Part shown: positions 1 to 13,194 of the stretch, one piece after another | Layout: each line of letters opens with the position of its first letter | How positions within the stretch are numbered: position 1 is the first letter of the stretch | From: Mobula hypostoma | Lineage: Eukaryota | Direction of reading: 5' to 3' | Length of the DNA stretch: 64,000 nucleotides | Assembly (NCBI RefSeq): GCF_963921235.1 | Contig: NC_086107.1 | Location: 93,746,001 to 93,810,000, forward strand | Program-made: the position numbers and the translations under genes | Notes under the pieces: generated by a model | What the model saw: only the letters and a program-made list of their open reading frames with translations | Databases searched by the model: none | What the model was told of the DNA's origin: nothing

Positions 1-94
1 GCCTCCCAGCGCACATCAGATTATGTCGGTCATTGACGCATACAGCGCATTTCTCTGTGAAGTTTCAATGTACGTGCTATGTAGATTGGGCTCT

Positions 95-250
95 GCATCA
101 GTCCTGATACAGGGTTTCAACCTGAAGCCTTGACAATTCTTCCCTCTTCCCCACCCCCCCACCCCCAGAAGGTGCTGCCTGACCCTTGGTGTTACCCCTG
201 CAGATTGTTGCTTCAGATTCCAGCATCTGCCATCTCCCATGTCTCCATGT
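95..250 (+). mobile_element. Penelope-derived terminal-repeat fragment with degenerate hammerhead motif
   Basis: cagtcctgatacagggtttcaacctgaag... followed by gctgcctgacc...ttccagcatctgc, matching the 3' end of the Penelope at 57173-57600. Confidence 0.6.
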
Positions 251-624
251 CTATGTTAATGCTCATTTCCAGGCGATAATCATCGTGGCAATGTTTTAAA
301 CAGTTTTACAGGCAATTTCACAGATTTCTTGCTGGTTTGATGCTTTAAGAAAGGGTGAACTCTGACCCTCTTAGCAGCGGCCTGCCAAAGTCAGCTTTTC
401 CTGGGGGTTGGAAGACGGTGAGTGAGCGGCTGGGACAGAGTCTGTTTTGCTGCCGTTGGCTTGGAACTGCTGTGTTCAGTTTTACTGAGCCCTGTGTTGC
501 TCTGCTGAACACTGTGGGCATGCTAGGTTGGCGCCAGAATGCGCGGCAACACTTGCGGGCTGCCCCGCCCGAGCACATCCTTACTGTCGAAAATAAAGCT
601 GTATGTTTCGTTGTCAAACTCAAA

Positions 625-885
625 GTCTGTCCCGAGACTTGTGGCCCATCAGGCCGGTGCTTATGCGGGTTTCTGTGGCGTGAAGTGACTGAAAGTACGA
701 GACTCCCCCCCGCCCCCGGATAGAATGCCAGTCTATCGCAAGGTTAACCCCCAGCATTTGCCGGTACCCATTTTCAGCTGGGTGGACTGGAGCAGTGTGT
801 GGTTAAGTGCCTTGCTCAAAGACACAACACGCTGCCTTGGCCGAGACTCAAACCCACGATCTTCAGGCTTGGCCATGCACTACAC
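625..885 (-). mobile_element. tRNA-head SINE, partial
   Basis: gtggttaagtgccttgctcaaagacacaacacgctgcc is the reverse complement of the head/core of the SINEs at 29671 and 42271; the 3' part differs. Confidence 0.6.
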
Positions 886-1004
886 ATGTTTTGATACATG
901 CACGATAAATATATTTTAGTCTTCAATCCTTATCGCCATCCCAATTGTGGGATCTCACTGCACTGCCAATGGGACTTCACTGACTGTGAGAAGCATTGAA
1001 GTTC

Positions 1005-1610
1005 AGGTCACCTACCTACGAGGAAGATGTCAAGAAGTTTAAAAGGATACAGAGAAAATTTATCAGTCCTGCTGAAGGGTCTCAGCCTGAAACGTAGGCT
1101 GTACTCTTTTCATTAGATGCTGCCTGGCCTTCTGAGTTCCTCCAGTACTTTGTGTGTCCTGCTCGGATTTGCAACATCTGCAGATTCTCTCTTGTTTGTT
1201 ACAAGAATGGTGCTAGGATTTGATAACCTGAGTTATAGGGAAATAGGTTGAGACCTTGTTCCCTGGAGTGTAGAATGAGGGGAGATACGGTAAATACAAG
1301 TAGGCTTTTTCCACTGAGTTTGGGTAAGACTAGAACTAGTTATGGGTTAAGGGTGAAAGGTGAAATGTTTAAGGGGAACATGAGGAGGAACTTCTCTCAG
1401 AGACTGACGAGAGTGTGGAACAAGCTGCCGGTGGAAGTGCTGGATGTGGGTTTGATTTCAACATTCAAGAGCAAATTGGATAGGTACACGGATGGGAGAA
1501 GTACGGAGGGCTATGGTCCGGGTGCAGGTAGATGGGACGAGACAGATTAATAATCCAGCATGGACTAGATGGGCTGCAGGGCCTGTTTCTGTACTGTAGT
1601 TTTCTCTAAC
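1005..1610 (+). mobile_element. CR1 LINE 3' fragment interrupted by a Penelope-derived repeat (about 1063-1200)
   Basis: ORF 1248-1550 reads RLFPL...FKGNMRRNF..RVWNKLP..FKSKLDRY, like the CR1 ORF2 C-termini elsewhere in the window; CR1 3' UTR gggcctgtttctgtactgta. Confidence 0.8.
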
Positions 1611-2177
1611 TCTCCCTCCCTGTGATGTGTTCTTGTCAATTGTTCATTCAGTCTCACTCGCTCTGTGTGTGCGCCCGTCTCACAGTTCTTGCCTCTCTCT
1701 TTGCATCTTCTATTCTGCCTTGCTTCAGAAGAGAAAACGCACATCCTTTACTCTTCCTCCCGGTGTCTGCTGCATAACTCTAATTACATTCCAGGCACAT
1801 TATTGTTGAGGTTGAATAGTTTGTCAGTGAAAACCTTTCTCAGCGGTGCCATGTTTTTTTATTCTCTGCCACGGTTGGCATGACAACCCTCTTGGGCCAT
1901 GGACACAAAAACCTTGACTAAACTTACCAATATTCTCATGACTTTACTTTTTATCTGGGTTTTTTTCTATATATCAACTAAACTGGGAGGACTTCAATGA
2001 CTATTTGTGTCTTGACAGACCTTTGACTGTTGTTACGACAAACTAAGCATATTCACCCCTTAGTTCCCAAATACCGCCAAAATGTTTGCTTTGTGTCCAC
2101 AGCTCTAAAGACGTAAAATATTTGTTTGAAATATCCTTATTCTCCATAATAATTTCTTTTGTGTCTATGTCTAAGAC

Positions 2178-2725
2178 ATTTTGGGGCCCTTACCTAAGAA
2201 AGGATGGGCCGGCACTGGACAGGGTCCAGAGGAGGTTCACAAGAATGATCCCAAGAAAGAAAGAGTTAATGCTTGATGCATTCGATGGCTCTGGGCCTGT
2301 ATGCACTGGATTTTATAAGAGTTGGTTGGGGGGGGGGGTACATGGATCTCATTGGAACCTATCTAACATTGAAAGGCCTATATAGAGTGATGTGGAGAGG
2401 ATATTTCCAATATTGGAGGAGTCTAGGACAAAAGGGCACAGCCTCAGAAAACAGCAATGTCTCTTTAGAACAGAGATGAGGAGGAATTTCTTTAGCTAAA
2501 GGTGGTGAATCTGTGGAATTCATTGCCACAGACAGCTGTGGAGGCCAAGTCATTAGGTATTTTTAAAGTGGATGTTAAGGCTTGGTTCTTGATTTGTCAG
2601 GGAATCAAAGGTTACAGGGAGAAGGCAGGAGAATGGGGTTGAGGGAGATAATAAATCAGTCATGATCGAATGGCAGAACGGACTTGGTGGGCTGAATGGC
2701 TTAATTCTGCTCTTCTGTCTAACGG
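2178..2725 (+). mobile_element. CR1 LINE 3' fragment, decayed
   Basis: [23 protein letters not shown] motif and CR1-type 3' UTR. Confidence 0.8.
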
Positions 2726-2794
2726 TTTACTTACTCATGCTGATCCGCTAATAAAGCTACTGATCAGAAAAGCAGATGAGAACCTGCAGCAGGT

Positions 2795-4470
2795 ACCTGA
2801 CACTCAGGGTGTTTTCCCCTTTAAATGGCCGCAGAGAGGTTTTGTTTACTTAGGCATATTTATCACACCTACGTTTGATCAATTGTTCAAAGCTAAATTT
2901 ACACAGTTATTTGACAAAATCAGACAGGATCTTGAGCGATGGAGCACTCTTCCCATTTCTTGGCTTGGCTGAATATCCTTGCTCAAAATGAAAATTCTTC
3001 CTCATCTGCTGTACCCAATACGAATGATTCTAGTTATTTTTACTGAACAAATACTTCTAAAAAAAAATGGCTGGTTTGTTTCTTTCATCTGGAACAAAAG
3101 AAGATCCTGTATTAAAATGTCTAAGTTACAGCTTCCCAGTAGTCTAGGGGGTCTGGATTTTCCAGAAATCAAAAAATATCAGTTAAGTTCCTTTTTATCT
3201 TATGTGGTTGTCTGCATTTGCAGGGACCCCTCCTCAATTTGGCTGGACATTGAAGCTTCACAAGCAAAGTGCCCTCTTATTAATTTGCTTTTCCTCAATA
3301 AGATGAAATTAGTTAAGGAATATTGTCGCAATCTAATAACAATTAATACAGTCAGGGCTTGGAGGGCGGTGCGACAAATTAAGGGCAACGCAGTGAAAAT
3401 ATCACCCTTCGCTCCAATAACCGGAGTCCAGGTTTTCAACCTGGCATAATGGATTCTGGATTTAAACTTTGGATTTCTAAGGGTATTTTCCATCTAGGAG
3501 ATTTGTCTGATGAAGGAATGATGATGTCTTTCAGTCAAATAGTACAGAAATTTAACATACCCAAAAAGGATCTTTTTCGTTTCTTTCAGATAAGAGATTA
3601 TATACAGAAAAAAAACATCATTGTTAACTGATTTCTATAGTTCTGACATAGAAAAGAGGGTGTTTCGTTCTAAGGGTGAAGTCTCTATTAGTACTTTTTA
3701 CAGCATCCTGAGGGAATGTTCTTGCGGAGATGCTGAGCAACTGGGAAAGGTCCGGGAGGAAGAGCTGGGAGTAGAAACTACAGCTGAAACATGGGAAGAC
3801 GTCTGTGATAATGCAAAGAAGATTTCAGTTTGTAATAGAACTAAAGCACTGCAACTCAGAATTCTGCATAGAGCCCATCTGACTCCAAATCGTCTCTCAA
3901 AATTAAAGACAGGGGTTTCTCCAATATGTTCTAAATGTAAAGTAAATACTGGAACTTTCACCCACTGTTTTTGGACTTGTCCCAAACTTCAGGCATACTG
4001 GAGTGACATTTTGGGTGAAATGGAAAAGATTCTGAAGATGGAGCTTGAACTGGACCCAGTGTCTTTTCTCTTAGGCTTACCCAGCAGTCGTATTATTAAT
4101 GCACATCAGAAAATACTTCTTTAACATCCTGTCTTTTTGTGCGAGGAAGAACATTTTACTTTGTTGGACATCCAATAAGGCCCCTGGACTTTTTGGTTGG
4201 TGTAGGTTAATCATGGTGTACATTCCTTTGGAATTTTTGACATGTATGGTACTCTCAAAAACAAATAGTTTTCATAAAACATGGCAACCTTTTCTGCAGT
4301 ATGTAGATGTAAACCTGTCTGCTATACTAATAAGGGCTTTTGTATAGGATGTTGCGGTGATGTCTATATTTTGATGGAGATGTTCTAATACCTGATTTCT
4401 GTGAGAGGAAGAAATGTAAATGTAAGTGTATCTGGAAATTGAAAGTTTTATTGTGCTGAGCAAAAAAAAA
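2795..4470 (+). mobile_element. L1/Tx1-clade LINE, 5'-truncated ORF2 C-terminal half, frameshifted
   Basis: YLGIFIT..ERWSTLPISWLG, KMKILPHLLY, GGLDFPEI, cysteine/histidine knuckle CSKCKVNTGTFTHCFWTC, WQPF end motif; A-run at 4462-4470. Confidence 0.85.
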
Positions 4471-4538
4471 TTTTAATTACCTTAAATTAAAAATTCAGGA
4501 GAGGGAAGGGGAATAGACAGAATGAGCAGAGCACCCCT

Positions 4539-5186
4539 GTGGCCATTCCCACCAATAATGAGTACATCGCTTTTGATACTGTTGGTGGGGACGACCTACC
4601 AGGGACAAGATGCAGTGGTCACGTCTCTGGCACCGAGACGGGACCCTCAGCTCAGAGGGGTAGGAGGGAAAAGGGGAGAGCAGTAGTGATAAGGGATTCG
4701 ATAGTAAGGGGGACAGATAAGAGGTTCTGTGGAAGAGATCGAGAATCCTGGATGGTCTGTTGCCTCCCTGGTGCCAAGGTCCGCGATATCTCGGATCGAG
4801 TTCTCAGTATTCTCAAGAAGGAGGGTGAGCAGCCGGATGTCGTGGTCCATGAAGGGACCCATGATGTGAGTAGAAAGAATGAGGAGGTCCTGAAAGGTGA
4901 GTTTAGGGAGTTAGGCGCCAAATTAAAGGACAGGACCTTCAGGATAGCAATTTCAGGAATGCTACCAGTGCCACGTGCAGGCAGATTTAGAAATAGTAAG
5001 ATAGCGCAGATCAACATGTGGCTGAAGACATGGTGCAGAAGGGAGGGCTTCAGATTTATAGATAATTGGGCAGTTTTCCAGGGAAGGTGGGACCTGTTCC
5101 AGCAGGACAGTTTACATCTGAACTGGAGGGGGACAAATATTCTTTCAGGTAGCTTTGTTAGAGAGGCTCCGGTGGATTTAAACTAG
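4539..5186 (+). pseudogene. CR1 ORF1 C-terminal SGNH/GDSL esterase domain
   Basis: VVIRDSIVRG (degenerate GDS), CCLPGAKVRD, VVVHEGTHD (degenerate GxND), DSLHLN (DxxH). Confidence 0.85.
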
Positions 5187-5299
5187 ATACAAGGGGGGAG
5201 GGGAAACAGAGTGTAGGAACAGATGTAGGGGAGAAGGAAGAAAAAGAAAATAGTAAAGTTGTTTGCACCGTTAGTGATAAACAGAGAGTAAGAGGTGGA

Positions 5300-8110
5300 A
5301 AATTTCTTAAATTCATTTATTTTAATGCGAGGAGCATTGTAAGAAAGGTGGATGAGTTTAGAGCATGGATTGATACCTGGAAGTATGACGTTGTAGCTAT
5401 TAGTCAAACATGGTTGCAGGAGGGGTGTGATTGGCAACTAAATATTCCAGGACTTTGTTGCTTCAGGTGTGATAGAATAGGAGGGACAAGAGGGGGAGGT
5501 GTTGCATTGCTTGTCAGAGAAAATATTACAGCGGTGCTCTGGCAGGATAGATTAGTGGACTCGTCTAGGGAGGCTATTTGGGTGGAATTGAGGAATGGGA
5601 AAGGTGCAGTAACACTTATAGGGGTGTATTATAGACCACCTAATGGGGAGCGAGAATTGGAGGAGCAAATTTGTAAGGAGGTAGCAGATATTTGCAGTAA
5701 GCACAAGGTTGTGATTGTGGGAGATTTTAATTTTCCACACATAGACTGGGAAGCCCATACTGTAAAAGGGCTGGATGGTTTGGAGTTTGTAAAATATGTG
5801 CAAGATAGTTTTTTGCAGCAATACATAGAGGTACCAACTAGAGAAGGGGCAGTGTTGGATCTCCTGTTAGGGAATGAGACAGGTCAGGTGACGGAGATAT
5901 GCATTGGGGAGCACTTCGGGTCCCGTGATCACAATACCATTAGTTTCAATATAATTATGGAGAAGGATAGGACTGGACCCAGGGTTGAGATTTCTGATTG
6001 GAGAAAGGCTAACTTTGAGGAGATGAGAAAGGATTTAGAAGGAGTGGATTGGGACAAATTGTTTTATGGGAAGGATGTAATAGAGAAATGAAGGTCATTT
6101 AAAGGTGAAATTTTGAGGGTGCAGGATCTTTATGATCCTGTTCGGTTGAAAGGAAAGTTTAAAAGTTTGAGAGAACCATGGTTTTCAAGGGATATTGGAA
6201 ACTTGGTTCGGAAAAAGAGAGGGATCTACAATAAATATAGGCAGCTTGGAGTTAATGAGGTGCTCGAGGGATATATAGAATGTAAAAAGAATCTTAAGAA
6301 AGATATTAAGAAAGCTAAAAGAAGATACGAGGCTGTTTTGGCAAGTAAGGTGAAAATAAATCCAAAGGGTTTCTACAGTTATGTTAGTGGCAAAAGGATA
6401 GTGAGGGATAAAATTGGTCCCCTAGAGAATCAGAGTGGAAGGCTATGTGCAGAGCCAAAAGAGATGGGGGAGATTTTGAACAATTTCTTTTCTTCGGTAT
6501 TCACTAAGGAGAAGGATATTGAATTGTGTAAGGTAAAGGAAACAAGAAGGGTAGTTATGGAAAGTACGACAATTAAAGAGGAAGTACTGGCACTTTTAAG
6601 GAATATAAAAGTGGATAAGTCTCCGGGTCCAGACAAGATATTCCCTAGGACCTTGAGGGAAGTTAGTGTAGAAATAGCAGGGGCTCCGACAGAAATATTT
6701 CAAATGTCATTAGAAACGGGGATGGTGCCGGAGGACTGGCATATTGCTCATGTGGTTCCATTGTTTAAAAAGGGTTCCAAGAGTAAACCTAGCAATTATC
6801 GGCCTGTAAGTTTGACGTCAGTGGTGGGTAAATTGATGGAAAGTATTCTTAGAGATGGTATATATAATTATCTGGATAGACGGGGTCTGATTAGGAACAG
6901 TCAACATGGATTTGTGCGTGGAAGGTCATGATTGACAAATCTTATTGAATTTTTTGATGAGGTTACTAGGAAAGTTGACGAGGGTAAAGCAGTGGATGTT
7001 GTCTATATGGACTGCAGTAAGGCCTTTGACATGGTTCCACATGGAAAGTTAGTTAGGAAGGTTCAATTGTTAGGCATTAATATCGAAGTAGTAAAATGGA
7101 TTCAGCAGTGGCTGAATGGGAGACGCCAGAGAGTAGTGGTGGATAACTGTTTGTCAGACTGGAGGCCGGTGGCTAGTGGTGTGCCTCAGGGATCTGTACA
7201 TGGTCCAATGTTGTTTGTTATATATATTAATGATCTGGATGATGGGGTGGTAAATTGGATTAGTAAGTATGCAGATGATACTAAGATAGGTGGTGTTGTG
7301 GATAATGAAGTAGGTTTTCAAAGCTTGTAGAGAGATTTAGGCCAGTTAGAAGAGTGGGCTGAAAGATGGCAGAAGGAATTTAATGCTGATAAATGTGAGG
7401 TGCTACATTTTGGTAGGACTAATCAAAATAGGACATACATGGTAAATGGTAGGGCATTGAAGAATGCAATAGAACAGAGGGATCTAGGAATAATGGTGCA
7501 TAGTTCCCTGAAGGTGGAATCTCATGTGGATAGGGTGGTGAAGAGAGCTTTTGGTATGCTGGCCTTTATAAATCAGAACATTGAGTATAGGAGTTGGGAC
7601 GTAATGTTAAAATTGTACAAGGCATTGGTGAGGCCAAATTTGGAGTATTGTGTACAGTTCTGGTCACCAAATTTTAGGAAGGATGTCAACAAAATAGAGA
7701 GAGTACAGAGAAGATTTACTGGAATGTTACCTGGATTTCAGCACCTAAGTTACAGAGAAAGGTTGAACAAGTTGGGTCTTTATTCTTTGGAGCGTAGAAG
7801 GTTGAGGGGGGACTTAATAGAGGTATTTAGAATTATGAGGGGAATAGATAGAGTTGACATGAATAAGCTTTTTCCATTGAGAGTGGGGGAGATTCAAACA
7901 AGATGACATGAGTTGAGAGTTAGGGGGCAAAAGTTTAGGGGTAACATGAGGGGGAACTTCTTTACTCAGAGAGTGGTAACTGTGTGGAATGAGCTTCCAG
8001 TAGAAGTGGTAGAAGCAGGTTCAATATTGTCATTTAAAGTAAAATTGGATAGGTATAGGGACAAAAAAGGAATGGAGGGTTATGGGCTGAGTGCAGGTCG
8101 GTGGGACTAG
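5300..8110 (+). pseudogene. CR1 ORF2 APE endonuclease-reverse transcriptase, split by stops
   Basis: ORFs 5348-6091, 6113-6931, 6932-7330, 7400-7906 and 7913-8110 are collinear pieces of one ORF2. Confidence 0.95.
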
Positions 8111-8476
8111 GTGAGAGTAAGCGTTTAGCGTGGACTAGAAGGGCCGAGGAGGCCTGTTTCTGTGCTGTAAATGTTATACGGTTATAAAAAAAAGGCAGAT
8201 GAGAGGGGGAAAGTTTAAAGGGGACGTGCGAGGCAAGTTGCTTTACACAGAGCGTGATGGGTAACAAACACACACAATGCTTGAAGAACACAGCAGGTCA
8301 GGCAGCATCTATGGAGGAGAATAAACAGTCGACGTTTCGCACCACGATCCTTCATTGGGACTTAGAGTGTGAGGGGTGCCTGGAATGAGCTGCCAGATAG
8401 TGGAGAAGGGGTGTTGGTGGTGAAGGCAAATAAAGCAGTGGTGTGTAAGAGGCTGATACATAGCAATACATAGCAA

Positions 8477-11400
8477 TGTTGGGACCAACAACATAGGCAG
8501 GAAGAGGAATGAGGTCCTGAAGTGTGAGTTTCGGGAACTTGGCAGAAGGCTGAAGAACAGGACCTCAAGGGTGACGTTCTCAGGATTGCTGCCAGTGCTA
8601 CGTGACAGAGATGGTAAGAATTGGAAAAGATGGCAGTTGTATGCGTGGCTGAGGAGTTGATGCAGGGAGCAGGGTTTTAGATTTTTGGATCATTGGGATC
8701 TCTTCTGGGGAAGGTGGGACCTGTACAGATTGGATGGGTTGTACCTGAACTCGAGGGGGAGCAATATCCTTGCAGGTAGATTCGTTGGCATGGTTCGGGA
8801 GGGTTTAAACTAATTTGCGAGGGGGATGGGACCCAGAGCGATAGAGCAGTGAAAGAAGTGCATGGAATAAAGCCAGATCTAACATACAGAGAGGCTTTGA
8901 GGAAAGAGAAGCAGAATAAACGGTGTAAAGACAGTAAGGTAGAAGGGCCGAAATGTATGTACCTCAATGCAAGGAGCATCAGGAACAAAGGTGATGAACT
9001 GAGAGCTTGGATACATACATGGAATTATGATGTAGTGGCCATTACAGAGACTTGGCTGGCACCAGGGCAGGAATGGATTCTCAATATTCCTGGATTTCAG
9101 TGCTTTAAAAGGGATAGAGAGGGTGGAAAAAGGGGAGGAGGAGTGGCATTACTGGTCAGGGATACTATTACAGCTACAGAAAGGGTGGGTAATGTAGCAA
9201 TATCCTCTTTTGAGTCAATATGGGTGGAAGTCAGGAACAGGAAGGGAGCAGTTACTCTACTGGGGGTATTCTATAGGCCCCCTGGTAGCAGCAGAGATAC
9301 CGAGGAGCAGATTGGGTGGCAGATTTTGGAAAGGTGCAAAAGTAACAGGGTTATTATCATGGGTGACTTTAACTTCCCTAATATCGATTGGCACCTGATT
9401 AGTTCCAATGGTTTAGACGGGGCAGAGTTTGTTAAATGTGTCCAGGATGGATTCCTGTCACAGTATGTGGACAGGCCGACCAGGGGGAATGCCATACTAG
9501 ATCTAGTACTAGGTAATGAACCGGGTCAGGTCACAGATCTCTCAATGGGTGAGCATCTGGGGGACAGTGACCACCGCTCCCTGATCTTTAGCATTATCAT
9601 GGAAAAGGATAGAATCAGAGAGGACAGGAAAATTTTCAATTGGGGAAGGGCAAATTATGAGGCTATAAGGCTCGAACTTGCGGGTGTGAATTGGGATGAT
9701 GTTTTTGCAGAGAAATATACTATGGCCATGTGGTCGATGTTTAGCGGTCTCTTGCAGGATGTTAGGGATAAATTTGTCCCGGTGAGGAAGATAAAGAATG
9801 GTAGGGTGAAGGAACCATGGGTGACAAGTGAGGTGGAAAATCTAGTCGGGAGGAAGAAGGCAACATACCTGAGGTTTAGGAAGCAAGGATCAGCTGGGTC
9901 TATTGAGGAATATAGGGAAGCAAGAAAGGAGCTTAAGAAGGGGCTGAGAAGAGCAAAAAGGGGGCATGAGAAGGCCTTGGCGAGTAGGGTAAAGGAAAAC
10001 CCCAAGGCATTCTTCAATTATGTGAAGAAAAAAAGGATGACAGGAGTGAAGGTAGGACCGATTAGAAATAAAGGTGGGAAGATGTGCCTGGAGGCTGTGG
10101 AAGTGAGCAAGATCCTCAATGAATACTTCTCTTCGGTATTCACCAATGAGAGGGAATTTGATGATGGTGAGGACAATATGAGTGAGGTTGATGTTCTGGA
10201 GCATGTTGATATTAAGGGAGAGGAGGTGCTGGAGTTGTTAAAATACATTAGGACGGATAAGCCCCTGGGGTCTGACGGAATATTCCCCAGGCTGCTCCAC
10301 GAGGCGAGGGAAGAGATTGCTGAGCCTCTGGCTAGGATCTTTATGTCCTCGTTGTCCACGGGAGTGGTATCAGAGGATTGGAGGGAGGCGAATGTTGTCC
10401 CCTTGTTCAAAAAAGGTAGTAGGGATAGTCTGGGTAATTATAGACCAGTGAGCCTTATGTCTGTGGTGGGAAAGCTGTTGGAAAAGATTCTTAGCGATAG
10501 GATCTCTGGGCATTAAGAGAATCATAGTCTGATCAGGAACAGTCAGCATGGCTTTGTGAAGGGCAGATCGTGTCTAACAAGTCTGATAGAGTTCTTTGAG
10601 GAGGTGACCAGGCATATAGATGAGGCTAGTGCAGTGGATGTGATCTATATGGATTTTAGTAAGGCATTTGACAAGGTTCCACGCGGTAGGCTTATTCAGA
10701 AAGTCAGAAGGCATGGGATCCAGGGAAGTTTGGCCAGGTGGATTCAGAATTGGCTTGCCTGCAGAAAGCAGAGGGTCATGGTGGATGGAGTACGTTCATA
10801 TTGGAGGATTGTGACTAGTGGTGTCCCACAAGGATCAGTTCTGGGACCTCTACTTTTTGTGATTTTTATTAATAACCTGGATGTGGGGGTAGAAGGGTGG
10901 GTTGGCAAGTTTGCAGATGACACAAAGGTTGGTGGTGTTGTAGATAGTGTAGAGGATTGTCAAAGATTGCAGAGAGACATTGATAGGATGCAGAAATGGG
11001 CTGAGAAGTGGCAGGTGGAGTTCAACCTGGAGAAGTGTGAGGTGGTACACTTTGGAAGGACAAACTCCAAGGCAGAGTACAAAGTAAATGGCAGGATACT
11101 TGGTAGTGTGGAGGAGCAGAGGGATCTGGGGGTACATGTCCACAGATCCCTGAAAGTTGCCTCACAGGTAGATAGGGTAGTTAAGAAAGCTTATGGGGTG
11201 TTAGCTTTCATAAGTCGAGGGATAGAGTTTAAGAGTCACGATGTAATGGTGCAGCTCTATAAAACTCTGGTTAGGCCACACTTGGAGTACTGTGTCCAGT
11301 TCTGGTCGCCTCACTATAGGAAAGATGTGGAAGCATTGGAAAGGGTACAGAGGAGATTTACCAGGATGCTGCCTGGTTTAGAGAGTATATATTATGATCA

Positions 11401-11803
11401 GAGATTAAGGGAGCTAGGACTTAACTCTTTGGAGAGAAGGAGGATGAGAGGATGATAGAGGTGTACAAGATAATAAGAGGAATAGATAGAGTGGATAGCC
11501 AGCGCCTCTTCCCCAGGGCACCACTGTTCAATACAAGAGGACATGGCTTTAAGGTAAGGGGTGGGACGTTCAAGGGGGATATTAGAGGAAGGTTTTTTAC
11601 TCAGAGAGTAGTTGGTGTGTGGAATGCACTGCCTGAGTCAGTGGTGGAGACAATTACACTAGTGAAGTTTAAGAGACTACTAGACAGGTATATGGAGAAA
11701 TTTAAGGTGGGGGCTTATATGGGAGGCAGGGTTTGAGTGTCGGCACAACATTGTAGGCCGAAGGGCCTGTACTGTGCTGTACTATTCTATGTTCTATGTT
11801 CTA
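8477..11803 (+). mobile_element. Second long CR1 LINE of a different subfamily: esterase remnant plus ORF2
   Basis: VGTNNIGRKRNEVLK esterase remnant at about 8477; ORF2 pieces 8849-10516, 10556-11455 and 11452-11736; (ttctatg)n tail ending about 11803. Confidence 0.95.
8849..11736 (+). pseudogene. CR1 ORF2 APE-RT with one stop and one frameshift
   Basis: NARSIRNK, ITETWL, GDFNFP, GDSDH; RT motifs [25 protein letters not shown]. Confidence 0.95.
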
Positions 11804-11808
11804 TTTAA

Positions 11809-11829
11809 TACCGTACCAAAGTCTTAGGC

Positions 11830-11866
<37 letters not shown>

Positions 11867-12370
11867 GTGTGTATATAGCTAGAGTGCCTAAGACCTTTAC
11901 ACGGTACTGTATTAGTCAACGTGAAGCGGAGAGCAAGTTTGTAAATCAGGCGGGAGCAAAGGATGTTGGGAATGGTGAGGGTGAAGCGTCACAGGAGGGG
12001 TAGCAGAGAAGGTGTCAGGGGTGGGGTGTGGTGTGGGTGCGGACACACCCAGCCCTGAGATACCAGGCAAGGTCATTTGATTCCAAACAATTGGTATACT
12101 GATCATTGCAGAATGTCTTTCTGGTGCTTCCCGCTTCCTCTCCTCTCCCTTCCCCTTTTCCCAACCATGATTCCCCTCTCCCTGCCCCCTTCCCACTCTC
12201 AGTCCACAATACAGACCCATATCAGAATCAGGTTTATCATTACTCACATATGTCATGATTTTTGGGTTTTTTTGTGTCAGCAGTACAGTGCAATACATAA
12301 AATTACTACAGTACTGTGCAAGAGTCTAAAACACCCGAGCTGTATACATGTGTTTTTGCATAGGACTGTA
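11809..12370 (+). mobile_element. Composite Tc1-type non-autonomous element, copy A (hairpin mini-MITE, cargo, hairpin mini-MITE)
   Basis: Both ends carry degenerate TACAGTACTGTGCAAAAGTCTTAGGCAC...GTGCCTAAGACTTTTGCACAGTACTGTA modules; the cargo is shared with 7 other copies. Confidence 0.8.
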
Positions 12371-13194
12371 TATGGATCACATCTGGGTTTAAACTAAGAG
12401 ATTTAATTTACTATGGCATTGTGATCGGCACAGATTTCAAGGGCTGAAGGGTCTATTCCTGTGCTGTGCTATTTTCTATTCAAACTTTAATCTCTTTTTT
12501 TATATGCATAGCTACAGAAGATTTTTATAATCTGTTTTTATATGCCTTCCTTGTTTCCTTTCAGATTTTTTTTTAATCTTTATTTTGTGGTCACCCTTTG
12601 CTAGATCCTCAAATCCTTCCAAATCCCAGGCATAGGACAGTTTTCGGAAGCATTGTAAATCACTTCCTTAAATGCAATACTATCTTTAACTTCCCTTGTT
12701 AGTCATGGCTCGATTGCTTTTCCCTTGGGATTTTATTCCTGGAGGGAATGTACACTTGTTGTGAAATATGAATTATGTATTTAAGTATGGAAAGGAAGGC
12801 AACTATAAACTGCAATGTGGATAACAGGTGTGCCTCTCGACTTGCTATCAGACGACAAACAGCCCGGAGGAGCAGATTTAGACAGTTCAGCATTTTAACA
12901 TGTCTACTTAAAATGAGAGATGACTACTACCCAATCTGACTTTACATTATGGACTAAGGTCAGAGGCTTGAAGTGGTGAGGATTTTTGAGAATAACTAGT
13001 GACAAGTTACAGTGAGTAAAAGTTACATTTTTTCTGCATTGAAGCATTCACAGTCAACACACACAAAATACTCAGTAAGTCAGGCAGCATCTAAGGAGAG
13101 GAATAAACAGTGAGTGCGTTGGGATCAGGTCTGGGAAGGAGGGGGTAAGAAGCCAGAATAAGATGATGCTTATAATAGTAGGAATAAGAATCAG

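Larger units (their letters stand above)
4495..8190 (+). mobile_element. Long CR1 LINE (ORF1 esterase plus ORF2 APE-RT), with stops and frameshifts
   Basis: Successive ORFs give the esterase, the APE endonuclease (GVYYRPP, GDFNFP, LDLLL, DHN) and RT ([14 protein letters not shown]), then the CR1 3' UTR. Confidence 0.95.

Noticed and set aside
1700..1810. Polypyrimidine-cag followed by KRKRTSFT, resembling a POU homeodomain N-terminal arm exon
   Set aside because: The downstream residues have no helix pattern or WFxN motif, and the frame stops at 1809
8849..10516. 555-aa ORF as a domesticated or host gene
   Set aside because: Ordinary CR1 ORF2 cut by a stop before the RT core; a sibling copy lies at 50541-52713
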